From Candidatus Iainarchaeum sp. (lineage in GTDB: Archaea > Iainarchaeota > Iainarchaeia > JAADDC01), in the NCBI GenBank assembly GCA_030445695.1, contig JASUTF010000003.1, positions 1-47,787 of the forward strand: DNA of 47,787 nucleotides, written 5' to 3'. Every line of letters starts with the position of its first letter. Position 1 is the first letter of the stretch. Of this stretch, positions 8,877-16,462 are shown in pieces. Made by a program: the position numbers and the translations under genes. Below the pieces are notes generated by a model. That model was not told where the DNA came from, ran no database searches, and saw nothing but the letters and a program-made list of their open reading frames with translations.

Positions 8877-8885
8877 TTTATAAAT
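8877..8885 (-). promoter_or_regulatory. TATA box for cdc6
   Basis: tttataaat centred about 24 nt upstream of ATG 8857, which implies a leaderless or very short-leader mRNA. Confidence 0.5.
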
Positions 8886-8911
8886 TAGTGGTTGTTACGT
8901 CTTTCCGCTGA

Positions 8912-9223
8912 TCAACGGAGGAGCTTCCAGCGAATGACTGTAACGGGAGAATCGGGGGTAATATCGGGGTATATGCGGCGCAGGTGCTTTATGAGTGCGT
9001 TGAGCGACTTGAAGCCCTCCATTTTTATCTCGTGCTCCGATAGTTCCCTGAGCTTCTTGACGTAGACGTGCGTGATCTTGGCGCGGGCGATGGGCTTTCC
9101 CCGGACGGCCAGAAAGACGATGTTTCCTGGACGAACGTCGTAAGATCTTCCGTATCGGATGGTGATCCTCTTTTTCCCCGAGAGGACGTCCCTCTCATAC
9201 TCGGGGCGGAAATGGAGCATCAC
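8912..9223 (-). CDS. ASCH-domain protein, YqfB-like (candidate N4-acetylcytidine amidohydrolase)
   Basis: 103 aa. DVLSGKKRITIRYG ... ALIKHLRRIYPD ... VTVIRWKLL parallels my recollection of E. coli YqfB along its whole length. There is a 4-nt overlap with the upstream tmcA. Confidence 0.75.
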   Translation of the reverse strand: MMLHFRPEYERDVLSGKKRITIRYGRSYDVRPGNIVFLAVRGKPIARAKITHVYVKKLRELSEHEIKMEGFKSLNALIKHLRRIYPDITPDSPVTVIRWKLLR

Positions 9224-11502
9224 GATACTTCACCCAGGTACCATCTCGCCAGCCCGTAGAGGATCCTGTCGAGACGGCGCGCCACCTTCATGGGATCCTT
9301 GCCAAAGACGTCGCCGACGCCCTTCCACGTCCTCTTCTTCAGCACCTTCTCAATGAGGTATAAACGGTCCTTCTCCTCCATAGGGGGCTCCATCTTGCCG
9401 ATGAAGTAGTTGATGGTCATCCGGTATATGACCTCGGAGAGGGCGTCATAGTGCAGGCCACCCTCCACCATTCGCTTTAACTTCCTCTTCTCGGGGGTCG
9501 TCAGGTCGAGCGGGACGTCCCTCTTCTCGCCGGAAGAGAAGAGGAGAAGGGCAACCCGCGCCTCCATGTTCCTGTAGAAGTTGTCCAGCTCGTATGCGAG
9601 GCGCAACTTCATGCCGAAGTTTGAAACGTTCACTATGTCCTTGATGGCCGGACGCAGCGGGTAGAGAACCGCCGTGGAGTACTCTCCCGACTCGGGGTTG
9701 CGTTTCGGCGAGACGTGCACAGGGATAAACCCGTTCTTCATCCAGAAGCGGAGGAGCATGTCAGAGGAGCCGAAAACAGCCCCCACCCACGCATAGTCAT
9801 TATCTCTGGCGTAATCAATGAGGTTCTTCAGGGCAAACGACCCGATGCCCTTCCCCTGGAGTTCGGGGTGCGTGGCGATCCTCACCACGCGGAGGCCCTT
9901 GGCACGGGCGAAGTTGTCGTATCCGTAATACTTCAGCATGAGGTCGGGGATTATGTTGCCCTGGACGATCTCCCCCTCCTTGAGGAGGTCAATGACCGCC
10001 TTCGGAAGGCCGCCCTCTTCGGCTATCTGGAGGGAACAGACGATCTTTCCGGACTCCGTTCTAACGGCGAAGGCGTTCTGGTTAGGGGCGTCTGCAAGTA
10101 TTGCAACGTCGCGCGGGTTGTTTCTGTAGTGCGCGTAAACGTATATGCCGATGAACTGGCGGAGCGTTTCCTCGTCCTCGAGGAAGAGCTTCTCAACGTC
10201 CAGTTTCTCAAATACCAGACGGCCCTCTGCCACCTGCTTCAGATCTTCCTCCGTCAGGTCGGCCGGCTCGGCGTCGAGGAGGAAAACGTCGTAGAGCCAT
10301 TGCTCGATGGGGTCGCCCTCGCCGTAGCGGATCGGCTCGCTCATGCGGAGTGTTTTCACCTCGAACTTCTCCTGCAACGCCGGGAGAAAGCGGTACTGGA
10401 AGAGGCGGCCCGTTCCCTCGTAACCGTGGGTTGTAGTAGCGAAAACGATGCGTTTGTAACGCTGCATGAACGAGCGGAGTATGGACACGTATATGCCCGC
10501 CGCCTCGTCCACTACCAGTATATCCGCCTTCCTCTCCACCGCCTCCAGCGGCTCAAGGAAAACGACTTCTCCACCCTCCTTAACGCTAATTTCCCGCTTC
10601 TTCTCCTTGTACTCCTTTCCAAGCGCCTCAAGACCCGTCCTGATGAACCTGAACACCTCTTCGGCGTTCTGGAAGGAGGGAGCGGTCACAACGACCTTCC
10701 ACTTCTTGGAAGAGAGTATTCCGGCAAGGGCAAGACCCATGGCCGCCGATTTCCCCCTTCCCCTGTCTGCAAGTATGACGTAGGCGTGCTTCTTCGCCTT
10801 CGGGACGTTCTCAAGGGCATGGATAACGTCGATCTGATCCTGCGTCAGGGCGAGTTGATATATCTCATCGGGGAATTCGTGCTCCTTGGGTATCTTCAGC
10901 TTCCTTTTCCTCTTCTTTGCCTTCTTCTCCTTCGGGAGTTTAACGGGCTTCCCCTCGTCGGAGAGGATGTATATTCCGTCGTGCTCGAAGAGCTTCTTAA
11001 CAACGCGGTTGAGGAAGATGTCCCTGCAGTCCTTCACGGAGTATGGAGGGGTAACGACGTACTGTTCATGGAAGAAGAGTTTGGAAGATGCCCACTTCGG
11101 GAGTTCAGGGACGAGTAGGACAATAACGCCGGGGCCGCGAACCGTCTCGACGATGATGCCTATGTCCCGGGGCGGGAAGTTCTCGTACGCGTCCAGAACG
11201 AGAACATCGTATGTGCGCCCCAGAACGGAGGAAGCAATGGCGAATGGCTTCTTCTGGACGAGGTACCCGAGGCCGTGAACGTTACGGGCAAACTCCTTGA
11301 ATCGACGTTCCCCGATGTCCGACTCCTTGGGGAACTCCGCAAAGTAGAGGAGATCCCTTCCGACGAAGTCCCTCGCCTCGCGTAGGATCTGCCCCACTAC
11401 CTTCATGCCCTTCTTCCAGTCGCCGGATATGACGAAGAGCCGCCTCTGACGTGTAGCCGCAGCCGTCTCGAGTGCCTTCCTCACAAATTCCATGTCACTC
11501 AC
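9220..11502 (-). CDS. tmcA: RNA cytidine N4-acetyltransferase TmcA/NAT10 family (tRNA(Met) cytidine acetyltransferase)
   Basis: 760 aa with a DUF1726-like N-terminus, a helicase-type P-loop (ADRGRGKSAAMGLALA), a GNAT motif (RIATHPELQGKGIGSFAL) and a C-terminal tRNA-binding helical domain. Confidence 0.9.
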   Translation of the reverse strand: MSDMEFVRKALETAAATRQRRLFVISGDWKKGMKVVGQILREARDFVGRDLLYFAEFPKESDIGERRFKEFARNVHGLGYLVQKKPFAIASSVLGRTYDVLVLDAYENFPPRDIGIIVETVRGPGVIVLLVPELPKWASSKLFFHEQYVVTPPYSVKDCRDIFLNRVVKKLFEHDGIYILSDEGKPVKLPKEKKAKKRKRKLKIPKEHEFPDEIYQLALTQDQIDVIHALENVPKAKKHAYVILADRGRGKSAAMGLALAGILSSKKWKVVVTAPSFQNAEEVFRFIRTGLEALGKEYKEKKREISVKEGGEVVFLEPLEAVERKADILVVDEAAGIYVSILRSFMQRYKRIVFATTTHGYEGTGRLFQYRFLPALQEKFEVKTLRMSEPIRYGEGDPIEQWLYDVFLLDAEPADLTEEDLKQVAEGRLVFEKLDVEKLFLEDEETLRQFIGIYVYAHYRNNPRDVAILADAPNQNAFAVRTESGKIVCSLQIAEEGGLPKAVIDLLKEGEIVQGNIIPDLMLKYYGYDNFARAKGLRVVRIATHPELQGKGIGSFALKNLIDYARDNDYAWVGAVFGSSDMLLRFWMKNGFIPVHVSPKRNPESGEYSTAVLYPLRPAIKDIVNVSNFGMKLRLAYELDNFYRNMEARVALLLFSSGEKRDVPLDLTTPEKRKLKRMVEGGLHYDALSEVIYRMTINYFIGKMEPPMEEKDRLYLIEKVLKKRTWKGVGDVFGKDPMKVARRLDRILYGLARWYLGEVS

Positions 11503-12256
11503 CGTGGGCGTCCGCTATGTAGACCTCCGTGATCACCGAGAGGGACAGAACAAAGGAGATCGCCTGGTAGAGGACCAGGAGGAAGTCAGATGCCCACGGA
11601 GCCCGGAGAGCAATGAAGTCAAAGATGTAGAGGAGAAGGGTGGTAACGATGGAGACGGCGAGCATGTAGAGGATGATACGGATCCAGCGTCTCCTGCCAA
11701 CGAGGACGCCGTCACGCAGTGCCTTGGAAACGGTGTCTGCATCGATGACGAGGGCTGCCATGGAGGGCGCGACCACCGGTGTGTAGACGAGGAGGAAGAT
11801 GAGGAAGAGGGCGAACATGACAGTAAGTAAAGATATGCTGTAGGAGAAGTAGAGCATGAGGGTGAAGAAAACGGACACCGGTGCAAAAACGATTATGGAA
11901 AGGATTATGAATGGGATCAGAACGTCAACGGCCCTCTTGAACGGGTTCTCGGGGTAGCCCACGCGTTTCTTGGCGATCCAGCCGATGACCACGAGTGACA
12001 GATACGTCATCAGGACTCCGTAGATGAGGACGGAGAGGAGGACAAGGGGGTCTGAGAGGGCGGAGAGGGCATCGTAGAATGCAGACCGCATGGCGAGCAG
12101 GGGATCGGGCGATGCAAGGATCGTGAAGAAGTATGACGACTGGACCTCCGCAAGAGCAGATCCGAAGGCGTAGAACATACCGTAGAGGAAGAGAATGACC
12201 ACCGCGAGCAGGCCCAGATCAAAGGCGTCCGCCAGAACCCTCTTGAAGACGGCCAT
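11495..12256 (-). CDS. polytopic membrane protein, function unknown
   Basis: 253 aa with 5-6 hydrophobic helices. A TATA box lies about 27 nt upstream. Confidence 0.6.
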   Translation of the reverse strand: MAVFKRVLADAFDLGLLAVVILFLYGMFYAFGSALAEVQSSYFFTILASPDPLLAMRSAFYDALSALSDPLVLLSVLIYGVLMTYLSLVVIGWIAKKRVGYPENPFKRAVDVLIPFIILSIIVFAPVSVFFTLMLYFSYSISLLTVMFALFLIFLLVYTPVVAPSMAALVIDADTVSKALRDGVLVGRRRWIRIILYMLAVSIVTTLLLYIFDFIALRAPWASDFLLVLYQAISFVLSLSVITEVYIADAHGE

Positions 12257-12277
12257 CAGAGAAAATACGCCCCGGAA

Positions 12278-12288
12278 GTATTTAAATG
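12278..12288 (-). promoter_or_regulatory. TATA box for membrane-protein gene 11495-12256
   Basis: gtatttaaatg centred about 27 nt upstream of ATG 12256. Confidence 0.45.
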
Positions 12289-12300
12289 CGCAAGCACGAG

Positions 12301-12310
12301 ATTTATAAAC
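12301..12310 (+). promoter_or_regulatory. TATA box for the acidic miniprotein gene
   Basis: atttataaac centred about 32 nt upstream of ATG 12338. Confidence 0.45.
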
Positions 12311-12337
12311 TCTACTCCGCCGTTGATAGCGATCGCC

Positions 12338-12496
12338 ATGGTGGAGGAGGAGAAGGAGAAGGAAGAGTACTACGAGGGTGAGGAGATCGACGAGGAAGAG
12401 TGGGAAGAAGAGGACTGGGACGAGGAAGAGTGGGACGAGGACTGGGACGAAGATGAGGACATAGAGGACGAGGACTACGACGAGGAAGAGTGGTAA
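12338..12496 (+). CDS. hyper-acidic Trp-rich miniprotein, 52 aa (below the ORF-track size cutoff)
   Basis: Own translation: MVEEEKEKEEYYEGEEIDEEEWEEEDWDEEEWDEDWDEDEDIEDEDYDEEEW*. It has its own TATA box. The 3' end overlaps the convergent AEP gene by 22 nt. Confidence 0.45.
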   Translation: MVEEEKEKEEYYEGEEIDEEEWEEEDWDEEEWDEDWDEDEDIEDEDYDEEEW

Positions 12497-13218
12497 GGGT
12501 CAAATTCTTCCAACTTCTTCCTACTGACGGGCAGCACAACAAGGCCGGAGATGCCGTTCAGCGTATACGGTAGACGGGCCAGGGAAACGCCGCCCGCGGT
12601 CACGGGAACGTCCACACCGTATGAGGCGTAGCGTCTTGCAAGTTCCACCCGCTCCTCTATAGTATAGAGGAACGTGTCCTCATCGCGGACGTGGATGTGG
12701 AAACCCCTGCCAGAGAAGACGATGCGTAAACGGGAGAACTCCTCGGCCAGGGCATCATAAAGGCGGATCACAGCATCTTTAACGGCGGGGAACTCCTCGG
12801 GGCCCACCTCATCACGCCTTTTCCCGGTCACCCTTTCCGGATCAACGTCGAACATCAGCTCCTGGCCCAGATAGTTGGGGCAGCGTTCGCATAGGTTCCT
12901 ACGCCTGAAGAACTTCAGGGGGCAGCCATAGCAGTATTCGGGGTCGGAAACAACGTTCCTCCAGTAATAGACGCCCTCCGGCAGGTATTTCAGGAGCTTG
13001 GCACGCAGGGCCTTGGGGTTCCGCACGTTCCGGAGATACACCATCCTGTATCCCTGCCGAACGAGGGAGAGCATGCGGTCAGTTGCTATACGCGTGTACC
13101 AGCCGGGGTTTATGGCAAAAACAGGGGTTGCAGATATGGTTCGGGCCCACGAGAAGGCATTCCGTGCATCGAAGGATCTGTAGAAGACCCTCCTCTCCTC
13201 GAGTGTGGGGGGAGGCAC
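12475..13218 (-). CDS. second, compact PriS-family archaeo-eukaryotic primase (AEP) / primase-polymerase-like protein
   Basis: 247 aa with all three AEP motifs: ELMFDVDPE (DxD), FSGRGFHIHV (SGxGxH) and LARLPYTLNGISGLVV (compare LIRVPDSIHGSTGL in PriS at 1205-2455). It has a PriS-like N-terminus (LEERRVFYRSF...LPEGVYYWRN) and a CxxC...CxxC knuckle (CYGCP...CERCP). GTG start. Confidence 0.75.
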   Translation of the reverse strand: MPPPTLEERRVFYRSFDARNAFSWARTISATPVFAINPGWYTRIATDRMLSLVRQGYRMVYLRNVRNPKALRAKLLKYLPEGVYYWRNVVSDPEYCYGCPLKFFRRRNLCERCPNYLGQELMFDVDPERVTGKRRDEVGPEEFPAVKDAVIRLYDALAEEFSRLRIVFSGRGFHIHVRDEDTFLYTIEERVELARRYASYGVDVPVTAGGVSLARLPYTLNGISGLVVLPVSRKKLEEFDPYHSSSS

Positions 13219-13248
13219 AATAGATAATGGTTTCCGGGGGAAATATAT
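13219..13248. promoter_or_regulatory. 30-bp head-to-head promoter region shared by the AEP gene and lhr
   Basis: caatagataatgg (about 25 nt before lhr ATG 13249) and aaatatatat (about 25 nt before AEP GTG 13218, read on the other strand). Both TATA-like elements are interleaved. Confidence 0.4.
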
Positions 13249-15990
13249 ATGGTGAACGGGGAGGAAAAGATCCTTGAACTCTGGAAGAAGCGGGGCCTCA
13301 GGGAGCCCACAGAGGTGCAGAAGAGAGCATACCCCCTCATACGCAGTAGCAAGAATGTCCTGATCATCGCACCGACGGGCTCCGGGAAAACGGAGGCAGC
13401 CCTCATTCCCGTGCTTGCAGAGATGCTGAACACGGAAGCGAGACCTGTGACGCTGTTATACATAACTCCCCTCCGCGCCCTGAACCGCGATATGCTGGAA
13501 CGCATACGGTGGTGGGGAGAACATCTGGGGTTCCGCGTGGACGTCCGGCACGGGGACACAACCCAGTACAGGCGATCCAAGCAGGCCCGCGAGCCGCCAC
13601 ACATACTCATAACGACGCCCGAGTCGCTGCAGGCCATGCTCCCCGCGGAGAAGATGGGAGCACACCTGAGGAACGTGAAATACGTCATAATCGACGAGAT
13701 ACACGAGCTGGTGGGGGAGAAGCGAGGATACCAGCTGGCCATTGCCCTGGAGCGGCTCAGGGAGAAGACGGGGCACGAGTTCCAGAGAATAGGGCTCTCG
13801 GCAACCGTGGGTTCCCCCGATCTCGTGGCACACTTCCTGGGCGGGAAAGGGCGAAGCGTGGAGATCGTGGACGTTTCCATGGAGAAAGATTACCGCATAA
13901 CCGTGACATACCCCACGCCAGACAGGAAGATGCGGGAGGAGGCGAAGAAGCTCGGGCTCTCCCCAGACGTCTACGCACGCGTTCTGAAGCTGAAGGAAAT
14001 CGTGGAGCGGCACAGGCAGGTAATCACCTTCGTGAACACGAGGAACATGGCGGAACAGTTGTCCCTGTATTTCTCGGCGTTCCACGACAGGACAGACGTG
14101 CATCACTCATCCCTGTCGAGGGACGTGCGCCTTTCCGTTGAGAAAACGTTCAAGTCGGGCGAGATAAAACACCTCATTGCGACGTCATCCATGGAGCTGG
14201 GCATAGACGTGGGGGAAGTGGACGCCGTGGTCCAGTACGGATCCCCGAGGCAGGTGACCCGGCTAATCCAGAGGGTGGGGCGTTCGGGGCACAGGTGGGA
14301 CCGCCCATCCATCGGATACATCATTGCCCTGGACGGAAACGATTTCGTGGAGGCAGCCGTGATTGCAAAACTCGCCACGAGGAAGCAGTTAGAGCCCATC
14401 GCGCAGGAGGAAAAGCCGTATGACGTCCTTGCACACCAGATCGCCGGCATCCTCATGGACTGGGGGGAGATAGACATAAGGGAGGCATACGAGATCGTGC
14501 GCCGGGCCCAGCCCTATGAGAACCTGAGCGAGGAGGAGTTCTGGGAGGTTGTAAAGCAGCTGGAGTCGGAGCGCTTCCTTCGGGTGAGGGGAGACAGGAT
14601 CACCAAGTCAAGGGACACGTGGAGGTATTATTACTACAACCTGAGCATGATCCCCGACGAGGAGCGATTCTACGTGGTGGACACCATAAGCGGCAAGCGT
14701 GTGGCCACGCTGGACGAGGACTTCGTCACATCATACCTGGAAAACGGCGTCGTCTTCGTGGTCAAGGGCCGACCGTGGCGTGTGGTCACCATAGAGGACA
14801 AGAACGTCTACGTGGAGCCGTCTGAGAGTTTGGTGGGAGCAATACCGGCGTGGATAGGCGAGATGATTCCCGTGGAGAAGAGTGTGGCGGAGGAGGTCTG
14901 GCGCGAGCGGAGGAGAATCGGAAAGGGCATGGAGACCATAGGGGACGTGGCCAGCGTGACGGACATCGACAAGGTGCGGGAGCTCTTCAGGGACGTTCCG
15001 GGGGAGAACGAGGTACTAATAGAGAAGAGTGAAGAATATGTAGTCATACACGTCCCCCTCGGCTCTAAAGGAAATACAACGCTCTCCCGGCTGATAGCAG
15101 CCGAGATATCGAGGAGGTATGGCATGCCCGTTCGCGTGTTCTCCTCCCCCTACGCAATAGTCATCGAGTTCCCCGCCCCGGGTTTCCCCGTGGAGGAGGT
15201 TGAAAAGATCCTGAAGACGGTGGACCCGGAGGTGCTCGACATCATACTGGAAAACCACATAGCCAAGACGAATCTCTTCAAGTGGCGGTTCATACACGTG
15301 GCAAAGCGGTTTGGCCTCATATCAAAGAACGCAAAACTGGACAGGATAAACGTGCGCCGGCTCGTTGATGCCCTTACTGATTCTCCTGTCTACCGCGAGA
15401 CGCTGAAGGAGCTCTACGCGGAGAAACTCGACGTGGACGCCGTGAAGGAACTCCTGGAAGACATACGTGCTGGGAAGCGGAAGATCACAATACGGGATGG
15501 TATAGGTAAAATAGGAAAGATGGAGCTCTCGCGGGCGCTCCAGGTCCCCGAACTCGTGAGCCCTGACACGCCGGAGCACACCATCGTGGAACTCTTCAAG
15601 CAAAGGGTCTTAGAGAAGAAGGTAACGCTCATGTGCATCTCCTGCGGCGCCGAACACGTATACAAGGTGTCAGAGGTGCCGGAGCAGCCGAAGTGCCCGA
15701 GATGCGGATCCCCCCTCGTCGCGGTGGTCCACAACGTGGAGAAGGCAAGGGAGATATTGAAGAAAAAGAAGCTAAGCAGGGCAGACGAGAGGAAGATGAC
15801 TGACTTGATTAGGAGCGCGGAACTGGTAAAGGAGTTCGGCAAGAAGGCAGTCATAGCGATGGCGGTAACGGGGATCGGCTCGCAGACAGCGGCACGCATC
15901 TTGAGAGTCCCCTACAGCGAGGAGGAGTTCTGGAAGGCACTTCTGGACGCGGAAAGGAACTACTACAGGACAAAGATGTTCTGGGGCTAG
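13249..15990 (+). CDS. lhr: Lhr-type large ATP-dependent SF2 helicase
   Basis: 913 aa with APTGSGKTEAA (motif I), LLYITPLRALN (Ia), DEIHE (II), SATV (III), VGRSGHR (VI), an Lhr/DEAD-associated middle region and a C-terminal zinc ribbon (CISCG...CPRCG). Confidence 0.85.
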   Translation: MVNGEEKILELWKKRGLREPTEVQKRAYPLIRSSKNVLIIAPTGSGKTEAALIPVLAEMLNTEARPVTLLYITPLRALNRDMLERIRWWGEHLGFRVDVRHGDTTQYRRSKQAREPPHILITTPESLQAMLPAEKMGAHLRNVKYVIIDEIHELVGEKRGYQLAIALERLREKTGHEFQRIGLSATVGSPDLVAHFLGGKGRSVEIVDVSMEKDYRITVTYPTPDRKMREEAKKLGLSPDVYARVLKLKEIVERHRQVITFVNTRNMAEQLSLYFSAFHDRTDVHHSSLSRDVRLSVEKTFKSGEIKHLIATSSMELGIDVGEVDAVVQYGSPRQVTRLIQRVGRSGHRWDRPSIGYIIALDGNDFVEAAVIAKLATRKQLEPIAQEEKPYDVLAHQIAGILMDWGEIDIREAYEIVRRAQPYENLSEEEFWEVVKQLESERFLRVRGDRITKSRDTWRYYYYNLSMIPDEERFYVVDTISGKRVATLDEDFVTSYLENGVVFVVKGRPWRVVTIEDKNVYVEPSESLVGAIPAWIGEMIPVEKSVAEEVWRERRRIGKGMETIGDVASVTDIDKVRELFRDVPGENEVLIEKSEEYVVIHVPLGSKGNTTLSRLIAAEISRRYGMPVRVFSSPYAIVIEFPAPGFPVEEVEKILKTVDPEVLDIILENHIAKTNLFKWRFIHVAKRFGLISKNAKLDRINVRRLVDALTDSPVYRETLKELYAEKLDVDAVKELLEDIRAGKRKITIRDGIGKIGKMELSRALQVPELVSPDTPEHTIVELFKQRVLEKKVTLMCISCGAEHVYKVSEVPEQPKCPRCGSPLVAVVHNVEKAREILKKKKLSRADERKMTDLIRSAELVKEFGKKAVIAMAVTGIGSQTAARILRVPYSEEEFWKALLDAERNYYRTKMFWG

Positions 15991-16412
15991 CGGACAAGAA
16001 CGACGAGGCGGTTTCCCTCGCGATCTGGATAGGCGTCGAGAAGGACAGAATTTCCATTCACGTCAAAATCCGCGGACAAATACCAGTTGCTCCCGTTCAC
16101 GAGCCGAACAACCTTGCCGCCACGGCTCTGGATCTCACTCACCAGTGCATCAGGGCCTCCGGGAACGGGGGAGTAGTAGAGGAAGTAGCGGCCGCCGGTG
16201 CTGTGGCGCATCACGAGGGACGCGTCGGGATAGGCGGAAGTCACGATCCCGTGGGCAAAAACTTCTAAAGGGGCGACGGGGCGAATGGGCACGGGCTTTT
16301 CTTCAGAAGAAAGGACGGAATAACCAGTGATACGTATTTGGGGAGCGAGGCGCCAGGCAGCATAGACAACGACAAGGAGGAGTAGGATCTTTACTATGCG
16401 GGGGACGTGCAT
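15987..16412 (-). CDS. N-terminally membrane-anchored or secreted protein, unknown function
   Basis: 141 aa. The hydrophobic N-terminus (IVKILLLLVVVYAAW) is followed by a beta-rich domain. Confidence 0.55.
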   Translation of the reverse strand: MHVPRIVKILLLLVVVYAAWRLAPQIRITGYSVLSSEEKPVPIRPVAPLEVFAHGIVTSAYPDASLVMRHSTGGRYFLYYSPVPGGPDALVSEIQSRGGKVVRLVNGSNWYLSADFDVNGNSVLLDAYPDREGNRLVVLVR

Positions 16413-16462
16413 GTAATGAAAACGCAGTTACGCATTTCAAGCATTTCGGAACGATTACCTAC

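Noticed and set aside
9715-11118. 467-aa plus-strand ORF, with several shorter ones, across the tmcA region.
   Set aside because: It lies antisense to a gene with unmistakable TmcA motifs. Its composition (Leu/Arg/Val-rich, no motifs) is typical of a shadow ORF in GC-rich coding DNA.
12312-12542. 76-aa minus-strand ORF rich in Pro/Arg/Ser/Leu repeats.
   Set aside because: It is the reverse-complement reading of the GAG/GAC/TGG-rich acidic miniprotein region. It has no promoter, and it overlaps the real 3' end of the AEP gene in another frame.
13455-13466. Exact copy of the palindromic box gttatacataac inside the lhr coding sequence.
   Set aside because: It encodes part of the conserved helicase motif Ia (LLYITPL). 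It is most simply a coincidence of codon choice. I mention it only as a caveat and possible extra site for the operator hypothesis.
13110-14141. Long ORFs 13110-13880 (-), 13456-14106 (-) and 13509-14141 (+) overlapping lhr and the AEP gene.
   Set aside because: They are alternative-frame or antisense shadows of a helicase gene with complete SF2 motifs. Their Arg/Pro/Gly-rich low-complexity translations are not protein-like.
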